IMG/VR virus record: IMGVR_UViG_3300006123_000048
Coordinates: 1 to 26,834 of that record
DNA from: a virus
Lineage: Duplodnaviria > Caudoviricetes
DNA: 26,834 nucleotides
Reading direction: 5' to 3' (one strand)
A program made the translations under genes and the position numbers. The notes beneath the pieces are model-generated. The model saw only the letters and a program-made list of their open reading frames with translations. It made no database searches and was not told the origin of the DNA. Shown in pieces: positions 8,445 through 17,203 of this stretch. Each line of letters begins with the position of its first letter. The stretch's first letter is position 1.

Positions 8445-10464
8445 GTTTGATGTTTTTTATTGGGGACCGAAACCGAACTTATTTGAGTTCGAGCGTCCTG
8501 CTGAGACCTTGGAACATGCGGCAGAACTTTGTCGAACTGGTTACTACTGGTATATTTATGGGGGCAATGACTACACCGGATTTGATTTTGAATGGCGCCC
8601 GGCTCCGTGGGAAGCACACCAACTGCATTCGTTTCCTAGTCAATGGCAACGTACCGGCGGCGTGTATTTTGCCAATAAATCAACTGCGGCCAATAGAGAA
8701 TATAATTTTCGCACAGAGCAACAGGTACGCAGGTTGCCCGATCCTACCCAATGGCGCATACCCGACGGTATTGATGACACAGGGTTTGATTACTCCTGGC
8801 ATCCTGACGCTACCGAAGCACCTTACGAATATCACTTTGGTACGCAATGGCAACGCAATGGAGGCCCTGTGTATCCTGGCACAGCTGGATACAAACCTGT
8901 AGTTGGGCAACGTGTACGCAAGTTACCAGATCGCAGTTGTTGGCGAATACCCGACAACATAGACGATTCAGAGTTTGACTACTCATGGCATCCTGACCTA
9001 ACAGAACCCGACTACGAATATCACTTTCCTACACAATGGCAACGTGAGGGTGGTCCAGTATATCCAGGTACAGCCGGCATCAAGTACATGACAGATCAAC
9101 GCATACGTGCCGGTGCTACTCAGATATTCTACATGGACTTTATGAATGGACCCATTGCACGTCACCAGTACGATGTACTAAAGCTGGATCATCCTGACAT
9201 CAAGCTCACACGCTATGTGGATAGTCATCTCAATGTGTTTAAGCGCATCATGAAGTTGGCCACTACCGAATACGTATGGATTATCAGTAGCGTATGCGAC
9301 TATACACAATTTGATTTTACCTGGCATCCATCAGAAGCACAGCGTGAAATGATTCACTGCTTTCCTTCGGGCAACCAACCTCGTGGTGACACATTCTACA
9401 TACACGTTCCCAGTTTCACACAGCAAATGATAGATCTTGAACTGTTAGATTGGTTTAATGTGATCAACTACTGTGATGACCAAATGGTAGACCGATTCCA
9501 AACTCCCACACACCAATACTCTTCTGATGATTTGGTTGGCGAAATTAAACGGTATGAATTCCGAACGCCTTATGTTCTTTTTACCAACCAAAAGGATCTG
9601 CAGTTCGCTGACTCGCCATGTTTATGGACCAAGAAAGACCGCACGGTTTTACGTGCAAGTCGTGCCGGTGCTACCGCACTAATACCTCGAGATATCAAAG
9701 AAGATTTAGTGTCGCAAATCTACGATTATCCCTACATTGAGGAGTCGAATTACCGGGTAAACGACTACTTTAGCGATAGAGATTTTCCTGAGCTGGACAT
9801 AGTTTACATAAGCAATGGCGAACCCGACGAGGAACGCTGGTATAACCATTTGTGCTACATGAGCAACAATACCAAAATACATTGGGTGCGTGGCATAAAT
9901 GGACGGGTACAGGCATACCAGGCAGCTGCACGTGCCAGCCGTACTCCGTGGTTCTTTGCTGTGTTTGCCAAACTGGAAGTGGTCTCATTCGACTGGAACT
10001 GGATGCCCGACATGTTCCAGGAACCCAAGCACTATATTTTTAATAGCCATAATCCGGTAAATGGATTGGAATACGGACATCAAGGCATGATTTGCTATAA
10101 CAAGCGATTGGTATTAGAAAATACGGCACCGGGTATTGACTTTACCCTAAGTCAGCCACATGAAGCGGTGCCTATACTTTCGGGTATTGCACACTTCAAT
10201 CAAAGTGAGTGGATGACCTGGCGTACGGCCTTCCGTGAAGTGATCAAGCTCAAGCACTTTATGGCCACAGAGCCCACGCTGGAAACCAGTCACAGACTAG
10301 CAACATGGGCAACGGTTGCCGAAGGCGATTTTGCTGAATGGAGCATACGTGGAACCCAAGATGCCATAGCTTACTACAATGAAGTGGGTGGTGATTACAA
10401 CCGGCTCATGTTGAGCTTTGAATGGGCCTGGTTACAGGAACGTTTTAACGCAGGTAATTTATAA
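8443..10464 (+). CDS. Repeat-containing glycosyltransferase-like protein (GT-A-like domains)
   Basis: Probable start MFDVFY at 8443. Recurrent FDxxWxP motifs; C-terminal DIVYISNGEPD...AYQAAARASRTPWFFAVFAK...WRTAFRE resembles a GT-A-like fold. Confidence 0.65.
   Translation: MFDVFYWGPKPNLFEFERPAETLEHAAELCRTGYYWYIYGGNDYTGFDFEWRPAPWEAHQLHSFPSQWQRTGGVYFANKSTAANREYNFRTEQQVRRLPDPTQWRIPDGIDDTGFDYSWHPDATEAPYEYHFGTQWQRNGGPVYPGTAGYKPVVGQRVRKLPDRSCWRIPDNIDDSEFDYSWHPDLTEPDYEYHFPTQWQREGGPVYPGTAGIKYMTDQRIRAGATQIFYMDFMNGPIARHQYDVLKLDHPDIKLTRYVDSHLNVFKRIMKLATTEYVWIISSVCDYTQFDFTWHPSEAQREMIHCFPSGNQPRGDTFYIHVPSFTQQMIDLELLDWFNVINYCDDQMVDRFQTPTHQYSSDDLVGEIKRYEFRTPYVLFTNQKDLQFADSPCLWTKKDRTVLRASRAGATALIPRDIKEDLVSQIYDYPYIEESNYRVNDYFSDRDFPELDIVYISNGEPDEERWYNHLCYMSNNTKIHWVRGINGRVQAYQAAARASRTPWFFAVFAKLEVVSFDWNWMPDMFQEPKHYIFNSHNPVNGLEYGHQGMICYNKRLVLENTAPGIDFTLSQPHEAVPILSGIAHFNQSEWMTWRTAFREVIKLKHFMATEPTLETSHRLATWATVAEGDFAEWSIRGTQDAIAYYNEVGGDYNRLMLSFEWAWLQERFNAGNL
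8725..9102 (+). repeat. Intragenic tandem duplication, 189-bp (63-aa) unit, two copies
   Basis: VRxLPD..WRIPDxIDDxxFDYSWHPDxTExxYEYHFxTQWQRxGGPVYPGTAG occurs twice; gtacgc anchors at 8725 and 8914. Confidence 0.9.
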
Positions 10465-11551
10465 TAGATTCTGCAACAATTTCTACTTCGGTGTCGGTCA
10501 GTTCGGGATAGATGGGCAGGCTCAAACACTCTCTGCTGAATGCAGTTGATTCTCTAAATAATTCTCTAGCATAATCAATATAGTTGTAGCCCACACTGAG
10601 TTCAAACAGGGGTTTGTCGTAGTTGAATCGAGTGTCAATACCTTCTGATCGTAAATAATCTTTTAAGCCATGTCGTTCTGTCAACCGTATAACAAACTTT
10701 GACCAGGCTGATTCTACATCGGCACCAGGTGCTACAATGTCAACATATCCATCTAGTTCTTGTGTATAGTATTCAGCAATGTCTGTTCTGCGTTGTTGCC
10801 AGGAATCAAAATACTCTAGTTTGACCAGCATGGCAGCACAATCAGCTTCTGACATCTTGCTGTTGGTTCCATGCGCTTGGTGATCCATCTTTTTACCATT
10901 GTCGCGCAGATCCAGAAGATCCTCATACACACTATAGCTGTCGGTTAGGACCATGCCACCTGATCCATAGTTGTTTAGATTCTTGGTAGGATCAAAACTC
11001 AACACACTGATGTGACCTAGACTACCCGACGGCATTCCTTTGTAGCTAGCGCCAAATGATTGTGCAGCATCTTCAATTACTAGAATGTCATCATTGAAAA
11101 ATTCAGTTTGTAGTCTGAAACGATCCCAATCTATGACATGCCCAAATAGGTTAGCGTACATGATACAATCTACTCCAGCACCAGTCAGTGCAGTATCCAT
11201 TGACTCTAGATCTATTAGGGCACGATAATCGGTATCGCAAAACACCGGAGTATGTCCTGCATACAGCACACTATTGATTGTGGCGGCAAAACTCAGGGTG
11301 GGAATCAGCACTTGACTTTCGGCTGGAATACAGGCCTGCTGTGCAAATACCAAGCCCTGTGTACAACTACCCACTGCCACTGCCCATTGGCGTCCACAGC
11401 GTTGAGCCACAGCTTCTTCAAAGGCACGTGTACAAGGACCGTCTAAGACCTGTCCAGTCTGATACACTTCATCCATGGCATCCATGATTTCTTCGCGCAG
11501 AGTTTTGTATTGACGATCAACGCCAAAGAACGGAATCTTTAAGCCACTCAT
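10445..11551 (-). CDS. DegT/DnrJ/EryC1/StrS PLP-dependent sugar aminotransferase
   Basis: Start MSGLKIPFFG; IEDAAQSFGA, SFDPTKNL (PLP lysine), GTNSKM, LSLPIYPEL. Confidence 0.93.
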   Translation of the reverse strand: MSGLKIPFFGVDRQYKTLREEIMDAMDEVYQTGQVLDGPCTRAFEEAVAQRCGRQWAVAVGSCTQGLVFAQQACIPAESQVLIPTLSFAATINSVLYAGHTPVFCDTDYRALIDLESMDTALTGAGVDCIMYANLFGHVIDWDRFRLQTEFFNDDILVIEDAAQSFGASYKGMPSGSLGHISVLSFDPTKNLNNYGSGGMVLTDSYSVYEDLLDLRDNGKKMDHQAHGTNSKMSEADCAAMLVKLEYFDSWQQRRTDIAEYYTQELDGYVDIVAPGADVESAWSKFVIRLTERHGLKDYLRSEGIDTRFNYDKPLFELSVGYNYIDYARELFRESTAFSRECLSLPIYPELTDTEVEIVAESIINYLR

Positions 11552-12476
11552 AGTATAGTTGGAAACCTTGTTCAATATCAATTCGGCCATGATAGCCAAA
11601 ATCCGTACCGGCACGTATTGTGCTTAATGTACCGCGACTGGGAAAACGTGGATTAGACTCAGCTATCTTAATTCTACCACCGCCGGCAATTTTGATGGCC
11701 AGTTCTGCGGCTTCCAGCAAGGTACGACCGCTACTGCGTGTGATGTTGTAGGTGCGTCCACTGCTGTTAAAACTATTGGCAGCACGTACAATACCTTTGA
11801 CACAATCATCCACATAGGTAAAATCTAAGACTTCATCAGGTCCGCACACTACCAGTTCTTGATTGCGCATGGCCGCTACTAGGAAACGACTGACCACACG
11901 ATCCAACACATCACGTGGCCCGTATACCGCCGACGGACGTAGCACAACATGATCTATTCCGGCACGATCACAATGATCACGGGTCAGTTGTTCACCGGCC
12001 AGTTTAAGTATACCGTATATGCCTTTGGGTTTACACAGCATGTCCTCGTAGCCGTACAAATCAAAATCACCATAGACCATGCTGGAGCTGACATAAACAA
12101 ATCTACGAACTTTCCAATACTCGCTGGCACGTAGTAGATTAATAAGTCCGCCGGTCAACACTTCGGCACCTTCTGTGGGATTTAATTCTACTGCTTTGGC
12201 CCTGGGGTAAGCGGCACAATGTATAACTACATCAGGGCGGCATTCAGCAAATACTTCTGTTAGTGCTGGATAATTTCTAATATCAACCTGATGTATTCGT
12301 TTGTTGTTTAACCTGGCCAGGCGTTCCTGGTGCAGATATGCAATTTCTTTGGCAGGTATAGTGCCACCATAGTCGGTGCAGTTATCGACTATACACACGT
12401 CATGCCCCTGTTTTTCAAACTTGGCCACAATGCCGTGACCGATGAATCCGAGGCCTCCGGTTACTAAGATTTTCAT
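11517..12476 (-). CDS. NAD-dependent nucleotide-sugar epimerase/dehydratase (extended SDR)
   Basis: MKILVTGGLGFIG, SSSMVYG, YGILK (YxxxK), RPSAVYGP, DFTYVDD. Confidence 0.93.
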   Translation of the reverse strand: MKILVTGGLGFIGHGIVAKFEKQGHDVCIVDNCTDYGGTIPAKEIAYLHQERLARLNNKRIHQVDIRNYPALTEVFAECRPDVVIHCAAYPRAKAVELNPTEGAEVLTGGLINLLRASEYWKVRRFVYVSSSMVYGDFDLYGYEDMLCKPKGIYGILKLAGEQLTRDHCDRAGIDHVVLRPSAVYGPRDVLDRVVSRFLVAAMRNQELVVCGPDEVLDFTYVDDCVKGIVRAANSFNSSGRTYNITRSSGRTLLEAAELAIKIAGGGRIKIAESNPRFPSRGTLSTIRAGTDFGYHGRIDIEQGFQLYYEWLKDSVLWR

Positions 12477-12494
12477 TGTGTCGTTTGCGCTTGG

Positions 12495-13001
12495 TTAACT
12501 ACTGGTTGGAATTCGTTTAAATACTGGGTCATATACTGTAAATGTTGAGGAATAATCTCGGCTAACATGAGCTCTAACCGGAGTAAATCCTGCTAAGAAC
12601 TCTTTAACATATATTCTAGTATCTACTTTATACGAACCTTTGATGTGTGTCAAGTATATGCGATCCAAAAGAGGACGGGCTGTTTCTAATAGTTGCACTC
12701 CGCCTATGACAAAAATGGTTTTGTCTGGGTGTGCAGATTCTATGGCCAATAGTTTTTCGCTTAGGTCACCACTGATTGGCATGGCATACGCAACTGGTCT
12801 ATTGGTAGCTACATATACGGTTCGATCCCGAAGTGGTTTGGGCATCTTGGGATCGTCCCAGGTCTTGCGACCCATGACCACTACATTACCTGAGGTAAGG
12901 CGTTGGAAGTTGGCTAAATCTTCAGCGTTATGAGGCCACGGCAATGTACCGTTGAGCCCCATACCGCCGTTGAAGTCAACGGCAAATATGGCATTAATCA
13001 T
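12495..13001 (-). CDS. folA: Dihydrofolate reductase
   Basis: GMGLNGTLPW...EDLANF, VVMGRKTW, PLRDR, FVIGG. Confidence 0.95.
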   Translation of the reverse strand: MINAIFAVDFNGGMGLNGTLPWPHNAEDLANFQRLTSGNVVVMGRKTWDDPKMPKPLRDRTVYVATNRPVAYAMPISGDLSEKLLAIESAHPDKTIFVIGGVQLLETARPLLDRIYLTHIKGSYKVDTRIYVKEFLAGFTPVRAHVSRDYSSTFTVYDPVFKRIPTSS

Positions 13002-13342
13002 AAATTCTTTAGGAGTTCGTCTGTGAAAGGTTGTACGACTTTTGCTACACTATCTACACTAATATGAAAGTCTACGTCTTTGATAATGTCATCAAGGTCG
13101 TTTAATTTCTTATTAATTAGCTTTTCTACAAATTCAGGTTCAGCACCTTCTTCTAACATTTCAGCAATGTTGACATCAACGCTGGTTCCGTCTTTGAGAT
13201 TGACTGTAATGTAACGCAGTACGCCAATGGGAACTTGTTCTTTGTTTACTTCCTTGAGTAACTTTTCCCATTGGTCTTTTCTGTTTAAATTAAGCCGCTT
13301 GCTTCTTTGTTGTCGTGGTTTTTTTGGTTTTTGTTGTGACAT
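12998..13342 (-). CDS. Hypothetical phage protein (start uncertain)
   Basis: ORF coupled to folA by an ATGA-type overlap; 5' end overlaps the upstream gene. Confidence 0.75.
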   Translation of the reverse strand: MSQQKPKKPRQQRSKRLNLNRKDQWEKLLKEVNKEQVPIGVLRYITVNLKDGTSVDVNIAEMLEEGAEPEFVEKLINKKLNDLDDIIKDVDFHISVDSVAKVVQPFTDELLKNL

Positions 13343-13991
13343 TTTTTGCAGGTGTAAGTTGAGCAGCTTCTTTTTCTAATCTTTTTGCTTCAGCAATTAA
13401 CTGAGCGGCCTGTGCTTTCATTGATTCAGCTTGACTCAATCTATCAGCGGCCAAGTCGTCATCAGTTAGTGCACCTTTTAAATACGCAGCGGCACTGGCT
13501 GTTGCATCAACATCTTGATTAGTACGACTAACACTTGCGTTGTTAGGCGGCATACCAACTTCGCGTCCTTCACGAACACGTGGCTTCTTGGTCTGCATAC
13601 CTGCTTCTTTGTCCAGGTTGGCCATACGCTTGATTGCGTCTTCGCCTTTTTCCATTTCATCCAAGATATCATTTAGCTCATCTAAACGAACACTGGATTT
13701 CATTGTTGGAGTAATCAGGACCTGGCTGGTTGGAACCTTTTTAATAAAACCTTCACGGTGTAATACTTCTAACGCATTACGACCGTCGGACATGGTTGTA
13801 CGGAATAGTACATCACTAAAGTCGGTGGCATTTTGACCAATTGGGCTTTCCAAGGCTTTCATTACTTCGTCGTGAATCATACGTGGTAATGTGTCGCTGT
13901 AAGCAACCAGGGCCATGTGAGCTTCGTTTGGCACTTTGCGCCATAGTACTACAATCTTCTTGCTGTTGTGTTTTCCGACATGTTTAATCAT
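13290..13991 (-). CDS. Hypothetical phage protein with coiled-coil and Lys/Thr-rich tail
   Basis: 233-aa ORF with AAGGA RBS upstream of the ATG. Confidence 0.85.
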   Translation of the reverse strand: MIKHVGKHNSKKIVVLWRKVPNEAHMALVAYSDTLPRMIHDEVMKALESPIGQNATDFSDVLFRTTMSDGRNALEVLHREGFIKKVPTSQVLITPTMKSSVRLDELNDILDEMEKGEDAIKRMANLDKEAGMQTKKPRVREGREVGMPPNNASVSRTNQDVDATASAAAYLKGALTDDDLAADRLSQAESMKAQAAQLIAEAKRLEKEAAQLTPAKNVTTKTKKTTTTKKQAA

Positions 13992-14003
13992 TTTAATTTT
14001 TCC

Positions 14004-14276
14004 TTATTGTGCCTCAGGTGCGTCTGCTACTGGAGCATCTGCTACTGGTGCGTCTGCGGCTGGTGTTGCGGCGGCTGGTTGTAATGCTCCGCTGGCCTGT
14101 AGGAACGTAACTAAACGATTGTACAATCCGCCTACTTGTTCCATTTCTTCTGCTTTGATTGCGCCACGCTGACTGGCGGCTTGAACGACCTGAGCGGCCA
14201 AGATCAAATCGCTGAGTTGTAGTTGTGGTGAACCATCAGCTGGTTGTGTTAAAGTTTGGTTTAAATCGTCTGACAT
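14004..14276 (-). CDS. Hypothetical protein with Pro/Ala-rich tail
   Basis: GGAG RBS; 90 aa; PVADA-type 15-bp repeats at 14017-14061. Confidence 0.85.
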   Translation of the reverse strand: MSDDLNQTLTQPADGSPQLQLSDLILAAQVVQAASQRGAIKAEEMEQVGGLYNRLVTFLQASGALQPAAATPAADAPVADAPVADAPEAQ

Positions 14277-14306
14277 ATTATCTCCATGGTGTAAAATATA
14301 TGTATA

Positions 14307-14316
14307 TATTTACTAC
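14307..14316 (-). promoter_or_regulatory. GTAGTAAATA, candidate T4-late-like (TAAATA) promoter
   Basis: Intergenic, about 30 nt upstream of ATG 14276; identical 10-mer at 23787-23796. Confidence 0.45.
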
Positions 14317-14341
14317 CTGCGGTCAGACCGGAAAAATTTTT

Positions 14342-14635
14342 TTATATGTCGAGAAAGTTATTTTGGTTAATTTGATCCAAAATTAATGCAAACATTGACG
14401 CTTCGCCGGCTATTTCAAAAGCCGCACATTTTTGTATTTGTACAAGTTCCTGATCGGTTTTTGAATACCAATCGCCATACCAAAAACGTCCACTCAAATT
14501 GGCCCAGATCCAATCCGAAATGACCTTGGGATTGCTTCTGAGTTCAAACAACACCGGCGTAAAGTGCGGCGGACAGTGGTCCATTTCACGCAGTCCAAAT
14601 ACTGCCAGGGGATTGGCTTCGCCGTATTTAAGCAT
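14342..14635 (-). CDS. Hypothetical phage protein
   Basis: 97-aa ORF overlapping the upstream stop. Confidence 0.8.
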   Translation of the reverse strand: MLKYGEANPLAVFGLREMDHCPPHFTPVLFELRSNPKVISDWIWANLSGRFWYGDWYSKTDQELVQIQKCAAFEIAGEASMFALILDQINQNNFLDI

Positions 14636-14924
14636 TCTTTTGTTTGATTGAATCTATGGTTTCTTGGCTCAATTCGCCTTCAATGATCTTGAACTTGGTG
14701 TTGCCCTGGTTGATTTCAGGTAAAACCAAGCGGTCTTGCAAGAGTTGCTCGGCATCACGTACAAATACCTCTGTTACTGTATACTGCTTGGTATATTGTG
14801 CGATCTCAACTGAACGCATGAGATCATCCAAGGTATTCTCCAGTTTAAGAATACGTAGCTGTAGATCCAAGGCCAATTGACGTGCGGCTTTGGGTTTTAG
14901 TTTGGTTGGGTCTTGAAATTCCAT
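14628..14924 (-). CDS. Hypothetical protein (coiled-coil)
   Basis: 98-aa ORF with AAGGA RBS. Confidence 0.8.
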   Translation of the reverse strand: MEFQDPTKLKPKAARQLALDLQLRILKLENTLDDLMRSVEIAQYTKQYTVTEVFVRDAEQLLQDRLVLPEINQGNTKFKIIEGELSQETIDSIKQKNA

Positions 14925-14925
14925 G

Positions 14926-15162
14926 TTATTCCTTTTGTAAAGTATCCCATATTAGAGTTGGATCATTTTTTGGTACTGCGGCTACACATTCAATATAACC
15001 TTTGTCGAATGCCTGTGCAATAAGGTCTCGGTAAGTCTTTGGGCAAGTAGGATTGATCAAGATACCTGCGCGGTTGGCCATGGTGTAAGGTCCTTGCAGT
15101 TGAAAACTGGGATCGCCCCTGCGTAGGGTAACCCAAGGTGTTTTACTAATAGTAAATGTCAT
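14926..15162 (-). CDS. Hypothetical protein
   Basis: 78-aa ORF in a packed operon. Confidence 0.75.
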   Translation of the reverse strand: MTFTISKTPWVTLRRGDPSFQLQGPYTMANRAGILINPTCPKTYRDLIAQAFDKGYIECVAAVPKNDPTLIWDTLQKE

Positions 15163-15260
15163 TCTTCACCTATCAGTTTAAGAATATGGATAATCAAAGT
15201 ACACAGTACAAAAGCAATAGCTACTATACAAAGACCTTCGGCTAACCATGTCTCTATCAT
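15159..15260 (-). CDS. 33-aa single-TM microprotein MIETWLAEGLCIVAIAFVLCTLIIHILKLIGEE (not in ORF track)
   Basis: Translated by hand; ATGA overlaps at both ends exactly fill the gap. Confidence 0.7.
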   Translation of the reverse strand: MIETWLAEGLCIVAIAFVLCTLIIHILKLIGEE

Positions 15261-16510
15261 TTTTCAGCGTCCTCATAGTGTGCGTATACACCAAACTCGG
15301 GCTCAGCTGACTTGTTGCCTTTGATAATCCAAACAGTATCGCAATACTGCTCAACTTCTTCTGGGCTCCAACCAAAGAAACAGAAGTCAGTAAACATGAT
15401 CAACTTCTTGGGTTCAATATCGTTGGCCTGCAAGTAGTTCCAAACACAATGCGGATCTGTACCACCGCCACCGCCAGGTTCAAACGAACTGATATCTTCC
15501 AAGTTGTCTGATGTGAATGTGGCCACATTGTGCACCTCGGTATCCCAACCCATTACCGTAATACGGTATTCATCGTATGATTCCATGATACCTTGGATTT
15601 CGCTCAAGAACACTTTGAGATCTTTATCAGTAATTGATCCAGAAGTATCAATACCAATAACCACATCAATCTGTTCGCCGGGTTTCATACCGGGCATGAC
15701 AGCATCCATGTGCCAACTTCTACGACTTGGACGTGCCCAGGTAAAGTCGCTTTTTACTGTGGACTCGATCTGTTGCTGTAAGAGTTCACGCCAGTTCATA
15801 ACAGGTTCAGTCAAGTCCTTGATCATGCGTTTGACACCACCGGGCAAGTTGCCTGCGCCTGATGCATTGGCAGCCGCTAATACCGCTTCTTTGATTTCAT
15901 CGCGGATTTCTTTCTTTTCTTGCTCGGACAATTTAGGGCGACCATTACCTGGCTTATCGCCATCTTCGCCTTCGCCATCTTCGCCTTCACCGTCCAAGTG
16001 CTCGTCGAGCAGACGTTTCATTAGATCATCAATATTGATCTTGTCTGCATTTTCGTACAAGTCATCATAGACTTCTTCGGCACTCATGCCTTTGTACTTA
16101 GAATCGTAAAGTGCAACAGGAATCTTATCACCAACTCGTTGTTCTACCAAGTCCCAGTTTACACAATAGTCATCGGCAATGTTCCACAATTTAGGATCAC
16201 GATTACCACGACGTCCCATGTGATCATAAACCGCGTGTAACACTTCGTGGCCTACCAAGAATTCTAACTGCTTGAGTGGTAGTGAATTGACAAATTCTGA
16301 ATTGTAGTAGAACTTGCGGCCATCTGTTGCGGCAGTAGGACACCAGTCATCTGCATTGATCAGACCCATGCGGGTAGCCAGGTTACCAAAGAATGGAGCA
16401 CGTAATAGCAAGCCAATACGTGCTGTTACCAATTTCTCGCGGGCACTAGCATCTACCTTGGGATCTGTTTCTGTTACTTTTTTGCTTTTTTCTGCTAATG
16501 TGGTTGACAT
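15257..16510 (-). CDS. Metallopeptidase-like (HExxH) plus VWA domain protein, DUF2201-like MoxR partner
   Basis: PTAATDG, HEVLH, WNIADDYCVN, acidic linker, MIDAS DTSGS, GGGGTD, FTD; AAGGAG RBS. Confidence 0.9.
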   Translation of the reverse strand: MSTTLAEKSKKVTETDPKVDASAREKLVTARIGLLLRAPFFGNLATRMGLINADDWCPTAATDGRKFYYNSEFVNSLPLKQLEFLVGHEVLHAVYDHMGRRGNRDPKLWNIADDYCVNWDLVEQRVGDKIPVALYDSKYKGMSAEEVYDDLYENADKINIDDLMKRLLDEHLDGEGEDGEGEDGDKPGNGRPKLSEQEKKEIRDEIKEAVLAAANASGAGNLPGGVKRMIKDLTEPVMNWRELLQQQIESTVKSDFTWARPSRRSWHMDAVMPGMKPGEQIDVVIGIDTSGSITDKDLKVFLSEIQGIMESYDEYRITVMGWDTEVHNVATFTSDNLEDISSFEPGGGGGTDPHCVWNYLQANDIEPKKLIMFTDFCFFGWSPEEVEQYCDTVWIIKGNKSAEPEFGVYAHYEDAEK

Positions 16511-16534
16511 AGTCGCTCCTTAACTTATGTATAT

Positions 16535-16579
16535 ATTATAACATATTGAGAATTACTGGTCTGTGGCTTTTTTACAACG
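16535..16579 (-). promoter_or_regulatory. Promoter (CAGACC-17-TATAAT, extended -10) with an overlapping palindromic box
   Basis: -10 at 16535-16540, -35 at 16558-16563, box tgtggcttttttacaac at 16562-16578. Confidence 0.7.
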
Positions 16580-16582
16580 ATT

Positions 16583-16858
16583 TTAAACCATATAGTCTGG
16601 TATTTTGTACCAAAATGCAAGGATACTTAGCAGTTCTTTTTTGACAAAAAATGTATGACAATATTCACCCACCCGATACGACCAATCTTTTTTTAATTTT
16701 AGTTTTTGTACAGCATCAATATCGTAACTTGCACCGTGTGCTTTTTCAAAGCATGACAATAATTCAATAAAATCTTCAGTGGAATAAACAGTCAGTTCTC
16801 GATCGAATATCCAATATGCTTTTGAGTTTCCGTGGATAAAATTTACAGTAATATTCAT
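16583..16858 (-). CDS. Hypothetical protein
   Basis: 91-aa AT-rich ORF between the MoxR and VWA genes. Confidence 0.65.
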   Translation of the reverse strand: MNITVNFIHGNSKAYWIFDRELTVYSTEDFIELLSCFEKAHGASYDIDAVQKLKLKKDWSYRVGEYCHTFFVKKELLSILAFWYKIPDYMV

Positions 16859-16883
16859 ATTTTAATCTTTCTTGATGTTAATT

Positions 16884-17144
16884 TTATTTCATTGCCTTTC
16901 GTTGGGCAAATACCCGTTCCATATCTTGTACAGCGGTTGATTTAATTACAGTCGGTTCACTGGGCGATGATACTGTTACACTTGATTCGGGTTGGCATAT
17001 CTTGTCGCCTTTTACTACTCTTGCTATTTTACAGTCTTGGTTGGCTACAGTACTAACGGCATGGTCGGCTAGGCCTTTTCCTGTGGTTTCATACGTAACC
17101 ACACTACTAACACCCAGGACCAAGACAATAGTTTCAAGTAGCAT
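16884..17144 (-). CDS. Hypothetical protein with hydrophobic N-terminus
   Basis: 86 aa; TGKGLADHAVS...DCK...IC motif. Confidence 0.7.
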   Translation of the reverse strand: MLLETIVLVLGVSSVVTYETTGKGLADHAVSTVANQDCKIARVVKGDKICQPESSVTVSSPSEPTVIKSTAVQDMERVFAQRKAMK

Positions 17145-17203
17145 AGTAAATCAGGGGACTTATGGGTAAGGAGCCTGCCCCTGTGCCTGTGACAGCAAAC
17201 CGT

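Noticed and set aside
12477-13001. folA without an adjacent thymidylate synthase gene
   Set aside because: thyA or thyX may lie elsewhere in the genome; this cannot be judged from one window.
14017-14061. 15-bp tandem repeats (PVADA), and a similar DGEGE repeat near 15957-15995
   Set aside because: Ordinary low-complexity protein linkers; no spacers, so not CRISPR-like.
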